Below, piece by piece: positions 1 to 37,928 of a stretch of DNA of 64,000 nucleotides. Position numbers and translations under genes: made by a program. Each line of letters starts with the position of its first letter. Position 1 is the stretch's first letter. The notes under the pieces were generated by a model. It was not told the origin of the DNA. It saw nothing but the letters and a program-made list of their open reading frames with translations, and did not search any database. The stretch covers positions 1 through 64,000 of the forward strand of contig JAQGDQ010000671.1 in NCBI GenBank assembly GCA_030141605.1, written 5' to 3'. Source of the DNA: Tubiluchus corallicola. Taxonomy: Eukaryota; Animalia; Priapulida.

Positions 1-169
1 GCGTTACAAATTATTAATCTTCGACAATTCGAATTTCGACTTGATCACAATTACTTAACAAGCCTGCTGCAGACTGTACCTGGAGAAAACAAACTTTATT
101 TTCACATCTGATGTTCTATGATAATGGCATTTTCTTCACGTTGCTAAAGACAATTGTTTGCTTAACAAC

Positions 170-300
170 CACGGCGGTCACGTGATTCAGAGAGCTTCCT
201 GTTTACCACATAAAAGCGGAAGTACAACAGGCATGGCTTATCAGCTGCAGCAGGAAAGGCGGTTTTAGCTTTCTCTTCAAAAGGTGGAAATTACGTACTT
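170..300 (+). promoter_or_regulatory. Putative promoter / first non-coding exon region of the PI3K gene (E-box + ETS motifs)
   Basis: GTCACGTGAT (177-186, USF/TFEB-type E-box), CTTCCTG and GCGGAAGT (216-223, ETS-type) in a locally more GC-rich patch, followed by a possible donor AC|gtactt near 295. Linking it to the PI3K gene is inference. Confidence 0.35.
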
Positions 301-429
301 TGTATTATAAATTCTGCAGTTTATGAAGTGCACAGTTAAATTTTATTTTTTATCTATTGTTTCTCACTAAGGTCTGTGTAAGTACGTACTAGTATAAATA
401 ATTATAATTTTAACTTGATTTTTTATGCT

Positions 430-2830
430 TATGTGAAACCTGGTTTGCTGAAGATATGGATGATAGAGTAATTTGTCCTCAACATTACCGAATTTTTAGA
501 TGCGATAGACATTCTGTTTTTCTTAATGTCAACTGCGGTGGCGTGGCATTATTGTCAAATCATGTTTATCTCCTGTGCGAATTCCTGTGTCAGTGACTGC
601 TGAAACAGTTGTTGTTGAACTCAAGATTTCCTCACAAGATAGTCTTAGTGTTGCCTGCATATATAGATCTTGCAATAATAATGATATTCATACATTTGGT
701 TATTTTGAAATAAATATACTTGAAGAAATTAAGCATGCTATTTCTGTCTATTCTCAAAATGATGTTATCATTTGCAGTGATTTTAATTTTCCAAAATTAG
801 CATGGCATGACCCTGTTCCTCAATGATCTCGAGTGTATGTTTATTGATTCTTCACATAATAAACTGCTTTCTCACCTTATTCATTTTCCTACTTGCAAAA
901 ACAATTGTCTAGAATTAGTCTTAACTAATTGTCCTGAATGCATTATGAATTGCATTCCTTGGCATGGATTTTCAACCAGTGATCATAACACTAGCATTTG
1001 TTTTGATGTTGAATGCAATTACCAACAACTTATAAATAGACCCTCGCGTGACTTTAATCGTTCTAAGTTAACTTCATTACTATTTTTTTTGAAAATATTG
1101 ACTGGAAAGCTCAGTTTGACAATTTCACATTATTACTTGTTGGAATTATTTTTGTCTGTATATAATACACCAGTTGATCAATTTGTATACTTAAGAAGAA
1201 CCTCTGCTAAACAGCGCAAAATTATATCTCCCCTTTGGCTAAACGACCCCATTATTACTAGAACAAGAACTCGTAGATGCAAATTATGTTCAACATGGAA
1301 CTATTCTAATCTGAACAGTGTTCTGCTTGCTTACGATATGAGGAGCGTCCTGCAAATCAACTAAGTAAGAATGGTAAAAGGTTTTGCTGTTATACAGTTC
1401 CTTAAACCTCTTAATCCTATTATTACTATTAGTGATTATCAGCATGTTATTTCAGATCCTATCATGGTTGCTAATAGTATTAATAATTCTTTTGCTTCTT
1501 TCTTTGCTAATGAACCTGATGATAGTCTCTTACCAACTCCTTTATCTTAAAAGTGACGATAGTGTTTCTTACATTGAATTTACTGTGAATGATGTCTGTG
1601 ATTCCAAGCTTAATTCTTTTAAGCTGTTGGCCCCGACAATGTTCACAGTTTTATATTGAAATCATATGCCTCGCAACTCTCACTGCCTCTTTTTTCTTTT
1701 TCGCAAATCGTTCGAATGTGATATGGTCCCTCAAGACTGGTTAAATTATAATGTTACCCCTTTCCATAAAAAAACCTTGTAACAACTTTACATGTGATGA
1801 CTTACACACCATATTTCTCTATCTTCTGTTGTTTCTAAATGTCTTGAATCTCTTTTGTGGGATGATATACTACATTTCCTGCTATCTTCTGGCCAATTCA
1901 GTAATAATCAACATGGCTCATTACCACGATGTTCCACCGTAACAAATTTTCTTGAATGCCTTAATGATAGGTCCCAATTCTTTGATGACCCTTATCTCCC
2001 ATCAGTTGATTTTGATGTTACACCTTGATTTTCGAAAGCATTTGTTTCCGTTCCTCTTCATCGTCTTGTGTTAAAAATGGAATTTGCAGGCATAAGATTT
2101 CAATAGTTTCCAATGGTTTCAATGTTTTCTCACACAGAGATGGCAAAGAGCAATTTTACATGGTGTAACCACTTCCTGGAGAAATGTAACCATAGGCATT
2201 CCTTGAGGGACTTTGTTGGGACTCTATTGTTTCCTTATTTTTATTAATGAGGTTACTAATTGTGTCTCCCCTGACACACATATACCACTGTTTGTTAATG
2301 GTACAAAACCTTATCGTCCAATTAGAAATTTTTCTAATCAAGAGACCTTACAAGAGTAGACCTGTCTGAAATTGAGCGATGGTATGACAGTTGGTTAATG
2401 TCCCTCAAACATAGTAAATGCAGCGCACTTCGTATTCATTCTAATTCTACAACGCTTTATTACCTGAGAGATGGTGTTTTTGAAGAAAAATTAGTTGCAC
2501 TTGACTTTGGAGAATTAATATCAAACAACCTGAAGTGGAACTCACATATTGAGCATATTATTTCTCAGGCCAATACAGGCATTAAAATGATAAAACGCTG
2601 CATTTCATCACGTAGTGTAAAAGTTGTTGTACCTGTTTGTAAAGCTGTAATTAGACCAATGCCCGAGTGTGCGTGCGTTGTTTGGTAACCACAATATGTT
2701 ACTCTTAAAAATGCTTTAGAAAGAACTCAATGGAGGTGTATTAGTCTGGCCTCTGATATTCAACCTGACTCTGTATCTTCTCTTGAACAATGGCGTGATA
2801 CTATAGGTCTTATTAACTGTTATACTGTCA
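430..2830 (+). mobile_element. Decayed non-LTR retrotransposon (CR1/L2 group) ORF2 remnant: AP endonuclease + reverse transcriptase
   Basis: Broken frames give APE motifs (YRIFRCDR..CGGVA, SDFNFP, LELVLTN, SDHN). They also give RT-region motifs: DFSKAFVSVP near 2027, GIP*GTLLGTLLF (decayed GVPQGSVLGPLLF), LFVNGTK (decayed LFADDTK), LKWNSHIEHIISQAN and KAVIRPMPECACVVW. Many stops and frameshifts. Confidence 0.85.
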
Positions 2831-4788
2831 TTATTGATAGTTCTATTTTGTGCAGCGACAAATCACTACGTGATTTAATTTTTTTGATTGAAGTAGGCTC
2901 TATGTATTCACAGTGTTTAAAAATGTAATGATAATGCAAACAATTAATAGGTCTACAGTTTTTTGGCTGACGTAAGTGTCGTTTACCTGGCATCTGGAAT
3001 GTGTATGTGTTATGCGGAAGCCGAATAGATAAAATCTATTGTCTTCAGTGCACATGGTTATCAGAACTGTGTTATGCATTATTTTTTCTACAGCTATTTC
3101 CAATTGATTTTTTTATACGCAGCTATTCCACAGATGGATATAACATAACACATTTCGGATGCCAGGTAAACGCCACTTTATAAAGATACATATACAAACA
3201 CTGCAGACGCCTCTAGTCTAGTCTATTTGTTGTCAAAGTTCAAGAGCCTGCATGACTATCATTTTTTTGAATTGGGCAACGAAATAACTTCGTTTTGAAC
3301 TATTTACTTTCAAATGGGGTTTTGTGCCTCTATCTCGAAGCACAATACATTTTTTTCTGTACAAATACATTTATTTTCCTAATCAATATTGCGTGCCTAA
3401 ATTAAAAGCTCACGCACCTTGCATCTGTATTACACCCCCAAAACTAACTGTTTACAACTAGGTAAGATTGTATTGGTTTTTGTTCACATATCCTTACTTT
3501 ATTTCAAAATAAGGATATGTGAATGTCTAGGTATTTTATCTAGAACTGGGAAGAAATTAAAAAAACCTACTCCATTCTAGCATTCATGTTCATATTTCTG
3601 CCTCTGGTCATGCTGTTAATTTCAGTAATTTTAAATGATTGTCATTTCAAGAAAGCCTATCAGCATACAATAAGAGAAGCCCACCCCTCAATGTGCAAGG
3701 TAGCTCATTCCCTTCTCTTTGTTCCGTAGTACTTTCAGTAACTGGTACTTATTTATTCTTGTGCTGAGTCACTTTGTACAGCTTTTATTCTATCTTAAAT
3801 TTTGTTCAGTTTCAATTTGAGTTTTGCTCACCAAATGTTGTTACGTTGCCTGATAATGAAACTGCCAACAGGTATCTAATTTTTTATGCTTTTGCAGTCA
3901 CATTTATTTTAATCCGTTTCACAAACTATAATTTTAATACTCTGTTTAAAATTTGATTTCCAATTTTACATTATATAAACTTTACTAGTAAATTTTATTT
4001 TGATCTTATCATACTATAAATTATTTGATTTTAATTTTAGTTATTTTGCAGTTGTAATGTTTGAAGAAGAGATTCGAGAACCTCGAATGTCACGGTCTTT
4101 GAAATAGCTTGTGGGATCTTATGAATAAATTATATGCATATAATATACATTATATATAACATATATTTCGTAAGGTTACCTTAAAATTTTGTGTCTTTTT
4201 GTAGAGATGAAATGTGCTGTAATTGTGAGCTACTGGGTAAGCTACTTGTCAGTCATCATGCCATGTCCATCATAATTATACAAATAGGACAATATTGCAG
4301 TGCTTTATGAGCATATAAAAGGCAAGACAGACATTTGCAAAAACACGGTGAAAGGTATGTTTTATGAATGAAAAAGCCTGTTTTTATTCTCTGACACAAG
4401 CTACCAAATACCTCCAAAATGCGGCGACTTCGGAGGTGATTGGGTGTGCAAAATTCCGTATGACCCCCTATAATTTCTTTTCTTGAGTCTCACTTTAGCA
4501 CTTATACAACTTAAGAGCTGTTTATCCATTGGCCTGTTATGTATGTTGTCCAACATCCAGGTTTACAGCTGTTAGCTGGTCAGGTACAATATAGTGAACG
4601 TACTTACACTACATATAAATTAAACATGTCTGTTTTTGTTAATGATAATTAATGTTAGCTACATAAAATTTTAAAGATTAAAGTTTATTTCAAGGTCTTC
4701 TGTCTTGACTCGATGCCTCATACAATACAAACTGTCACTTGAACAGAACCACGTCATCATTACCACTGTGTGTTGTTATGTTATCACA

Positions 4789-29679
<24,891 letters not shown>

Positions 29680-31637
29680 ACATGGAGTGAATGTGATTGT
29701 AAAACTTGTGCTTTTTTAAAGGTTTGTTATTTGTTGAAGGTGCTCCACAGTTAGGTTACAATGAAATAATGTTTCAGTAATGAGGAAAAAATTTTTGAGC
29801 TTCAGGGATTCCCTGTATAGAACATGCTAGAGGCTATTCACTTCATATTCACAAAGATTCAAATGAAGTTCAACAAAGATTCTTGAAGGTCTTTAAATCA
29901 CTTGTGAATTAGAGATACCCTGATTAGGTCAACAAGACTAGGATTCAGGGAGCCCTTAAACTCATTTAGGCTCATTTTAACTCATAATAAATATTAGTGC
30001 TGCAAAAGGGGTTGCATAATTGTACCTGAGAGCCCTTGGTATTTTTCCAGTTTATTTTAACTCGAGTTAAAGTTAACTATACATTACCCAAGTTCAAAGC
30101 GAGATCGTGAACTTCTTGAGTTTTATATAATTAAAAACTAATTGGTTTATTTTTTACATAATTCTTGGAGCTGTCAGTTAATTGTCAGTTGCACAAATAC
30201 TGTTGCTGTTTAAATGTTGTCCACAGTTTTTACACTACTTATCTTTGAGCTGAAGAATCCTACTTTTTTGTTCTGATTTCTATTTTTACATTAATTTTTA
30301 TGATAAAAAGCTGTGATATACATATATTTAAATATTATTGCTCAACTTACATGCTGACTAGATGGATAGCTTTTGAGTTACTGCCAAAGATGTCACGAGA
30401 CATTAATAATTTTTATGCAGACATATTTTTAGAAGTCACACAAGTTTTTCACAACTGTATTTATAATAATATATTTTTACATATTAATATTATACAACAC
30501 ACACACACACACATATACATAGATGGATAGATAGATAAATATAATTAATTAAAAATATTTTAAAAATATTTATGTTTTAATTTTGAAGTATGTAGTGTAT
30601 TGTATATGCAATAATATGATCTGTTGTATAATCTGTGCCAAATCATATCTTACTTCATACAGTTTTAATGTGCAACACAATCATTGAAATGTACAATTTT
30701 AATTATATTCAAAATTTATATTTTTTGTGCTGATATGTGTAAAGAATATATGCAAGTATATGAATAATTTTTTTTTTATGTTTGAAAGTTTTTTATTACT
30801 GGTGCATACAACAATGAGCTTACTTTCGACCTTGAATGAAAAGGTGTCAGAATGTTATTTCAACTTGGTCAACTTGCCATTGTCTTGTGGCACAGGGATG
30901 CAAATTCTCTTTTAAATCTACAGTTTCTTAAGAATACATTTATATATACATATAAATACGTAAGACATTTTGATGGTTATGTACATATCATAATCATGTG
31001 CTATTATTTTAAAAGTGAAAGTAATACGTGTCATTTTTATATTTTGAATACTGCAGCTTGAATACTTTTTTATATGCTTGAGCCTTGGGCTTGAATTATC
31101 TTGCCATTTCTTGCAGGTTAAATAAAATCTACAAAATCATACTACATTAAGAAATTAAAACAATTCAGTCTGCAAATGTTATTTTAAAAGGAGAATGTTA
31201 TTTTTCATGAAAGAGTCATAAACATAAAATTTCATCAATTAAATACTCTTACCTGTACTATACTAAAATAATACAATGTCGATGTAATAACAAAGTAGTC
31301 AAAAAATAGCAAACCACAGTTAACATGTCAATTGTTTGATTGTTAAGTTTACCCAATACAAGCACATGTTTTAAGCCTGTAATCCTGTGCGAGAACTACA
31401 TCACTGTAATCACTCACAAGATAACTTCCATGTGTGACACTTTTTTGATAAATGCAGTATCAGTCCACAATATTTGTACTTTGAAATTTTTGGTGAACTC
31501 ACACTGCATCATTCAGTATGTAAATTGTTAGGTTGAATTTGAATTAGCAAATCCAGTTTATTTTTCCACCATATTTATACACAGCCATTTCTAATTCGGT
31601 TCCGTTTCTAATTTTTTTCGTAAAGTCACGTTTGTTT

Positions 31638-32261
31638 CTATGGAATCCGTTCATGGAACATGGGTATTGTTCCCGAGTGCAAACCTGAAAACAATGCCAA
31701 GTTGGCCGCAGCATACACGTAATGTCTAAAGGCGTCTTTCGGTATTCCGTATTTGGCCCCCATCTCGACTAGTGACGTTGTTGAAAGAAGGTACAGTGTT
31801 GCTCCCAGAACTCCATAAAAGCCACCACAGATGAAGCTAATGAGCAATATTATCAGGAGCGCTATTGCTGCCACTGTCGTAGATTCTGGTAGATGATCTT
31901 GCACTTCTTTAGGCACATATTCTGGTCTCTTTAAATGTTGTACAACAGCGACAAGAAGGACCAGTAGACCCGCAAGGCAAGCAGCCATATGAGCTAATGT
32001 ATGCTTGCGAATCATGGACAAATAAGCTGAAGATAGCAGTGGCAATGCTAGCAACATCACTGCCTGTTTGCTGATATTCTGATAGTCGGCAAGGTGTGGA
32101 GTGTGAGGGTAGAAATCAGATACCAGATCGCAACATGCAGCAAAAGACATAATGCAAAATGCAAGGCGGGTATATGGTGCAACAGTCATCAACAACAAAA
32201 GAAAAGTAGAAACAGAAAGTGTAATATGCGAAGCTGTATTATGATTTATTACACCCGTCAT
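31638..32261 (-). CDS. TMEM276: TMEM276-like multi-pass membrane protein (207 aa, single coding exon)
   Basis: Intact ORF with several hydrophobic segments. Motif order NTASHITL, LALPLL, FYGVLGA, IPKDAFRHY parallels human TMEM276 as recalled (STALSHLVL, IGLPLL, TYGMWGG, LPKEDVCRW). A splice acceptor ttacag| about 17 nt upstream of the ATG implies a non-coding upstream exon. Convergent with PI3K. Confidence 0.7.
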   Translation of the reverse strand: MTGVINHNTASHITLSVSTFLLLLMTVAPYTRLAFCIMSFAACCDLVSDFYPHTPHLADYQNISKQAVMLLALPLLSSAYLSMIRKHTLAHMAACLAGLLVLLVAVVQHLKRPEYVPKEVQDHLPESTTVAAIALLIILLISFICGGFYGVLGATLYLLSTTSLVEMGAKYGIPKDAFRHYVYAAANLALFSGLHSGTIPMFHERIP

Positions 32262-33965
32262 CTTGTTTATAGCTCACCTGTAACAATGTGGAGAACAATG
32301 AGCTCTCAATTTTTACACTAAACTAGACCTGTTATTAAAACAAAACAATAATCGCGGCTATTACTTATTATATGTACGTAAATTTTCTGCACTACATGGC
32401 CTCCTATATGGGAAGTTATTTGTTTAAAAAAAGGGTGGTTGGTTTGGTGGTCATATTCAATATTGCACATTTTACATGCAAAGCCAATTAAGTGAAAACT
32501 ATTCAGTGTATTAACGTTACACACACCTATTCAGCTGATATCATTAGTGCATTGAATAATGCTGGTCAAAGATGGAACCGGGTCAGCTTACATGTGACCC
32601 AGACTTGGTACTGGTAGCCCAATTGTGACATGACAATGCAGGAGCTAACAACATTAATACACTTATCCCTGCTTTGTCATGTAACAATGTTGAAAATATG
32701 TAATAATACTAATATAATTACAATGAGGCATTAGTTAAGTAGCACAATAATTATTCATACTCATACTGAGTCATAGGCTTACTGTTTACACCGAATTTCA
32801 ACCAGCTAAGGTTTTATGAAAGTTTAGCCACATGAACGGTTTGATAACTTATTAACGATAATTGTTAATAAATAGTCAGACTATACGTACTAGATACTGT
32901 AAGAACTCCTTTCTAGAAGACATCCAATTTATGGTTCAGCCGTAATAAAATAATAATACAACATGGGACGGGGTGATCACGCATTTTTTGCTTTACTGAA
33001 TCTTATATAGATTTATGAGACACTGTATTAAGCGATAACAAAAAATCTAAATACCATTAGAATGACCTATTAGTAAGTAAAAAATTTACAATTTAAGACT
33101 GAAAAAATATGGAAATTGCGTCTGCTCGACGCTACTGCAGCCACTGCGTGCTTCTAATGTGGCTGCACCTCTTGGTTGGTATGGTAACGAAATAAGGATG
33201 TTATTCGCCGCGACGTTTATAACTGGTAGGCTAAGTCTAAGTTACAAAGATCAGAGTCATGTCGAAATTATCGTTATTAATTTCAATGAATGATAATAAA
33301 TTTTTGGCTTCATGTGAAAATATATCGTTGCACTTTAATTGTATTTTAAAAACAATGTTAAGTGTATTGTTAAAAAATCGTTATAAGTAAGAGTCGTAGT
33401 AGAGTCGAGTAAGTGTAGTAAGAAACTACAGTGCTACAGATGCAGAACTCCAATCACATGTACTAATACGTACATTTATCTGCCCAATTAAGCCAGTCGA
33501 GTTGTCTTTTGGTCTGCTGCAGATTTTAATGAAATTTCCAGTGAATGATACTAGGGCCACTGGGACGGATGTGGCGGGGGTCAATCGTCTTCTGTCTGAG
33601 ATATGATTGAATTTTTGATCAAGTATTATTTCAATGGGAACTATCTCTCTGCGGAATGGTCATTCAAGTGTGACACGATAACAATATACTGTGCATGTGA
33701 TACATAAAAATATTACATCATCTACCGATGATTGTTACAAAATTACACAAAATTTGTACATAATGCTAAATATTGTATTATTTACATAATGCTGTACTCC
33801 TACATAATAAGCCTTTTATTACATAATGAACCGCAACAAATGATGTGCAGACCTCTGTAGGTTAGTTAGTGTGGTTGTAGTCTTTGGCTTCTACGTATTA
33901 AATTTTAGAGATTTCCATGTATTGTGTAATCTTTGCCTATAAAATTAGTTGCTGTTTGTGTACTC

Positions 33966-34012
33966 TGTCACACTGAAAATGACTGCTAGACTCTGCAATC
34001 AAAACGTTTGAC
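33966..34012 (+). mobile_element. Fossil Penelope-like terminal repeat with degenerate minimal hammerhead motif
   Basis: TGTCA-CA-CTGAAAA-T-GACTGC-loop-GCAATC-AAAACGTT-TGACA has the minimal hammerhead layout (CTGANGA...GAAAC-GT-H) with core G-to-A changes. AATAAA follows near 34044. Confidence 0.4.
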
Positions 34013-36887
34013 AAATTTTTAATATTTTACATGTTAAAGTCTTAATAAAAGTTAATTCTTTCAACATTACAAATTTAATTCAAAGAATTCAACTGCGCAT
34101 CGATTGACTATCTGCAATTAGTTAAAACGCCGTTTTCTGAGGTAATTAGTCGTTATGGTTAACAACTGAGCCTGCAAAATCCCCTTTAAAATGTACCAAT
34201 ATCCTTCTATGCATTTTTAATAGACCTTCTGCCTCCATCATTACCTGTAGTGAGAGTAGTCATCAATATGAAGGAGACTGGGGATGGTTGCAACAGTTCA
34301 GGTATTTTTTCTCGTATATACATAAATGCTTGTCGTAGACTAGTACACGGACAAAGTACACAAAGCCCTCCTCTTCACATGTCATCATTAAAATTGTAAG
34401 GGATTACGAAGCTATAGAGATATGAAGATAAATAAAAATGTCACAACAAAACACTCACTCGGGGAATGTTGAAACACGGCCTGGGGCAAAATGAAACAGT
34501 GGTAGTTATATCCAATTATCTCGCAAGATTTTTTTAATGAACTTAAATCAACAGTACACTTAATTGTCAAAACAAGTAAATACACAAATACTGTATCAGC
34601 TGTTTCAGGACAAAGATATTTCATTTATATTGTATTGAAAAATACTAATCAAACTTTTAACCACAAAATTATTGATCATTAATAATAACAATTAATATTA
34701 ACAATAAAGTAAGCTTTATTTATTATTCTATGGTACTTTTTATGTACTGAAATAAACGTGAAATAAAAATTAAATAATAAAAATAAATGAATAATAATGA
34801 CTAGCAATAAATTTTATTTCTGATAAACAAATGTTGATCAAAATGTATTGGTAGCTGCTGATGACTGGTGGATTAGTAACAGGAATCGCGCATGTGGGAT
34901 GTATAATTTGCAAAAGGCTATGTTGAAAATAAGCGTTACAACTTAGCTCCAAGTGGACCTTAATTTAAAGAATATTTCAGTGTTTTAAAGAACTGGTTGT
35001 AGTATGACGCAGTTGAAGGTTAGTACTACCTAAACCTTGTGCAGTTTGTTATAGTGCTAGCAGGTAGAATACGTCTCGTAGTGTTCGCAGAATAATAAGC
35101 TACATATTAAGTAATAATGACAATTCGTAAATACGTTTTATTGATACAGCTTGGAATATAGCTATCCGTAAATTGTGGAAACTGCCTTACGGAGCACACA
35201 ATTTACCCTACATTACTGTACCGTTCAGTCGAGTAAGCACTTTGCAAAGCGACTTATTAGAATCTATATGGCTGCAAAAACAGTAATGACAAAACAATTT
35301 AGCCAAACATACGTTATATACGACGTAAACTCAGTATTGGGTTTTAACTTATTGTTATTATAATTATTATAGAAAATAATGTAACTCTGAAAGGTGTATT
35401 TAGAATTTTTTTAGAAAGTTATTTAGAAAGTTTTGACTTTTTCTTAGTTTGAAACAGCTATTGAGTTCTGCTGTTCTCCAGTGAAGTTGCTCTCTGGATA
35501 ACACGATAACATCTCAGGAGAAACCTGAGATGAATTTGCACCACTATTTTCGAAACTTTCAATAAACGTGGCTCTTGAGTCAATAACAGAATACCATTAC
35601 TATCGCTATTATTGAAAAAGTCTAACACTAAAGGTTTGAAACATCATACAATGGTTTCTTTTGGCTAACATTCAAGTAACCGAATCTTTGAGGCTCACTG
35701 GGAACATTCAAATGTGAAATCGTCCCCTGTAGCTGTGCAATAGGTCATTATAGCTACTAAAGAATCGTACATAATTCAGTCACGCGAAATCAGCTCTGTT
35801 TTCAATTTGCACATGCCGCGCTTACTTAGCAATTTGTAGGCCTAGCTAATAAAATAAACTGAATTTTGACATTACCAATGGTTTGCAAAAGATGTATTTT
35901 CAAACTTGTAAATAATTTTTGCTGCTTATGCATATTGTGAGTTGCCTTTCAGTGGCGTAGCCAAGTTGATGAGGTTAAATGCTCAGATTAAGCATAATAT
36001 TTCCGAGTTCTCAGTTTCTAATTATTTATTTAGACACGCCCAACGTTCCCCCAATTTCCATGAACTTTGATTATAATATGTTGATATTTGTTTTTACCTT
36101 TTAATGTGTCAATTATAATATTTTATCTTACAGCCTCAAATGATGCCAGCCGACGCTTGGTGTGATTTGAAATAAATAAATTTTGAACGTAAATTCAGCT
36201 TTTATTAAACACTGATTCCAGCTTCATAAATTTTAGCGTTATAGCACCAGCCTTTGAAATAGTTGTTGTCCAATTTTTCGTCCAAAAATTGAATGTTATA
36301 GCATTTTCTGTGTGAATTATTCGTCGGATACTCTGTGCTCATAAAATACGAAATTTGTTTTGTACTGCTGTTAGGAAAAATAAACTACAACATTTATAGA
36401 TTTAAAGGTGGAATTTGATGGCAATTATAAGGCACACGGTCATGACGTAAAAAGTACAATAAGACTGGGAAGTGATATTTAATGTGTAATAGATAAACCG
36501 TGATTCAGCATCGATACTTAAATTATGTTATATGATTGCAAGCTTTCACGAATCCGTCCTGTTTCCAAAAATAAGCTGGTTTAGCATTTCAACATGAAGT
36601 CACACTTACAAGACTTTCTAATTTACTAATATTCCCATGATGCATCCATTAAAACTTGTAGGTCTACACATAACGACATAAACAAGCCTTCATTGAGTGA
36701 TAGAAAGCAAGGTTTTCTTTGATATCTGACATTGCAGTTATTTTAGCGACCATTAATTAATACTAAAGTCAACCTTTGATGAAAGCATTTTTAATTAGCA
36801 TATTCAAATATACCTATCTGATCAAGTAGGATGGACGATTTCGAGGCATAAATATTTCAAAGTCAATTTTAGCGAAAGCCATTTTGG

Positions 36888-37928
36888 TTACCAATGAAAT
36901 GACCGGTTTGCTATTTTGTACAACTGTTCATTATATGGCTGAAAAATTTGTTTTAGATGTTTCTCCGTTTCTTTTGGCACTTCTGGATGTTTTCTACCTT
37001 TATCCTTCCCCAAACAAGTGACATCTTTACTAAATCCTTTGTTGGCTCTTACATGAAAACAATAAAATCCTTTATCTTTTCTGTAGACAAATGCATCTTC
37101 AGGTATAAAGTGATCCAAGTTTAGAAAAGTTTCAACTTTTCGCAGTTCACTTATTGGGTTTTGGACTAACTCATCTCCTGATACATTGTGAAATTGATCT
37201 TTAGGAAAAACATTCAACCACTTTTCAATATAAGTCACATACTTTCCTTCTTGTAAGGGACTTGGAGACCCACGGGAATTAATATACTGTGCAAACGTTT
37301 GGTTTTTCGGTTTTCCGAATGCTAGGAAAGCCGATACAGTCCTTTGAAAGGGATCTCGAACTACAACAAGAATTTTAGCACCGGGGAGTACCGTTTTTAT
37401 TCTTTCTGCAACTCTTGGACTGAAAACATATGTTGGACTTTTTTCTATAGTAATTTGGTTACTTGTCGAACATGGCATGGCTTCCATGTACCATTCCAAA
37501 CCTCTACGATATTTATAGTTAAAATAATGTACCTCTGTCGGATTCCAGTCTCGAACAGCTATGTCAGAGTGAAGTTTTAACATGCTCAACAGGGCTAAAG
37601 TCCCACATTTTCGAAATCCGATTATAATACATTGAGGTAGTCGCCGCTGAGCATCATGTTCGCAATCCTTTCTTTCACTTTTGTACTCAACATACTCTCT
37701 CTGCACAGTCGGAGTAGAATCTTCAGAAACCTTAGACGAATTCGCGCTATTTTTCATCACAACCTTTTCAGTGAACATATTTAGCTCTTGGGGGAGATGT
37801 TTCACGGCTAACAAAAAAGTTTTAGCGAGAAAAACGCAACAGAATATTATCACTATCGCAAATACTGTCTTTGTTGCTAAAGTAATGACACTCTTTAGAT
37901 ATTTTATGACTTCAAATCGTAGAGACAT
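36888..37928 (-). CDS. HS3ST1: Heparan sulfate glucosamine 3-O-sulfotransferase-like protein (346 aa, type II membrane, single coding exon)
   Basis: N-terminal TM anchor (VFAIVIIFCCVFLA), RRLPQCIIIGFRKCGT (5'-PAPS loop), EVHYF, GLEWY..MP, EKSPTY, VVVRDP..R..S (3'-PAPS), KGFYC..CLGKDKGRKHP. The family assignment is secure; the paralog number is not. Confidence 0.9.
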   Translation of the reverse strand: MSLRFEVIKYLKSVITLATKTVFAIVIIFCCVFLAKTFLLAVKHLPQELNMFTEKVVMKNSANSSKVSEDSTPTVQREYVEYKSERKDCEHDAQRRLPQCIIIGFRKCGTLALLSMLKLHSDIAVRDWNPTEVHYFNYKYRRGLEWYMEAMPCSTSNQITIEKSPTYVFSPRVAERIKTVLPGAKILVVVRDPFQRTVSAFLAFGKPKNQTFAQYINSRGSPSPLQEGKYVTYIEKWLNVFPKDQFHNVSGDELVQNPISELRKVETFLNLDHFIPEDAFVYRKDKGFYCFHVRANKGFSKDVTCLGKDKGRKHPEVPKETEKHLKQIFQPYNEQLYKIANRSFHW

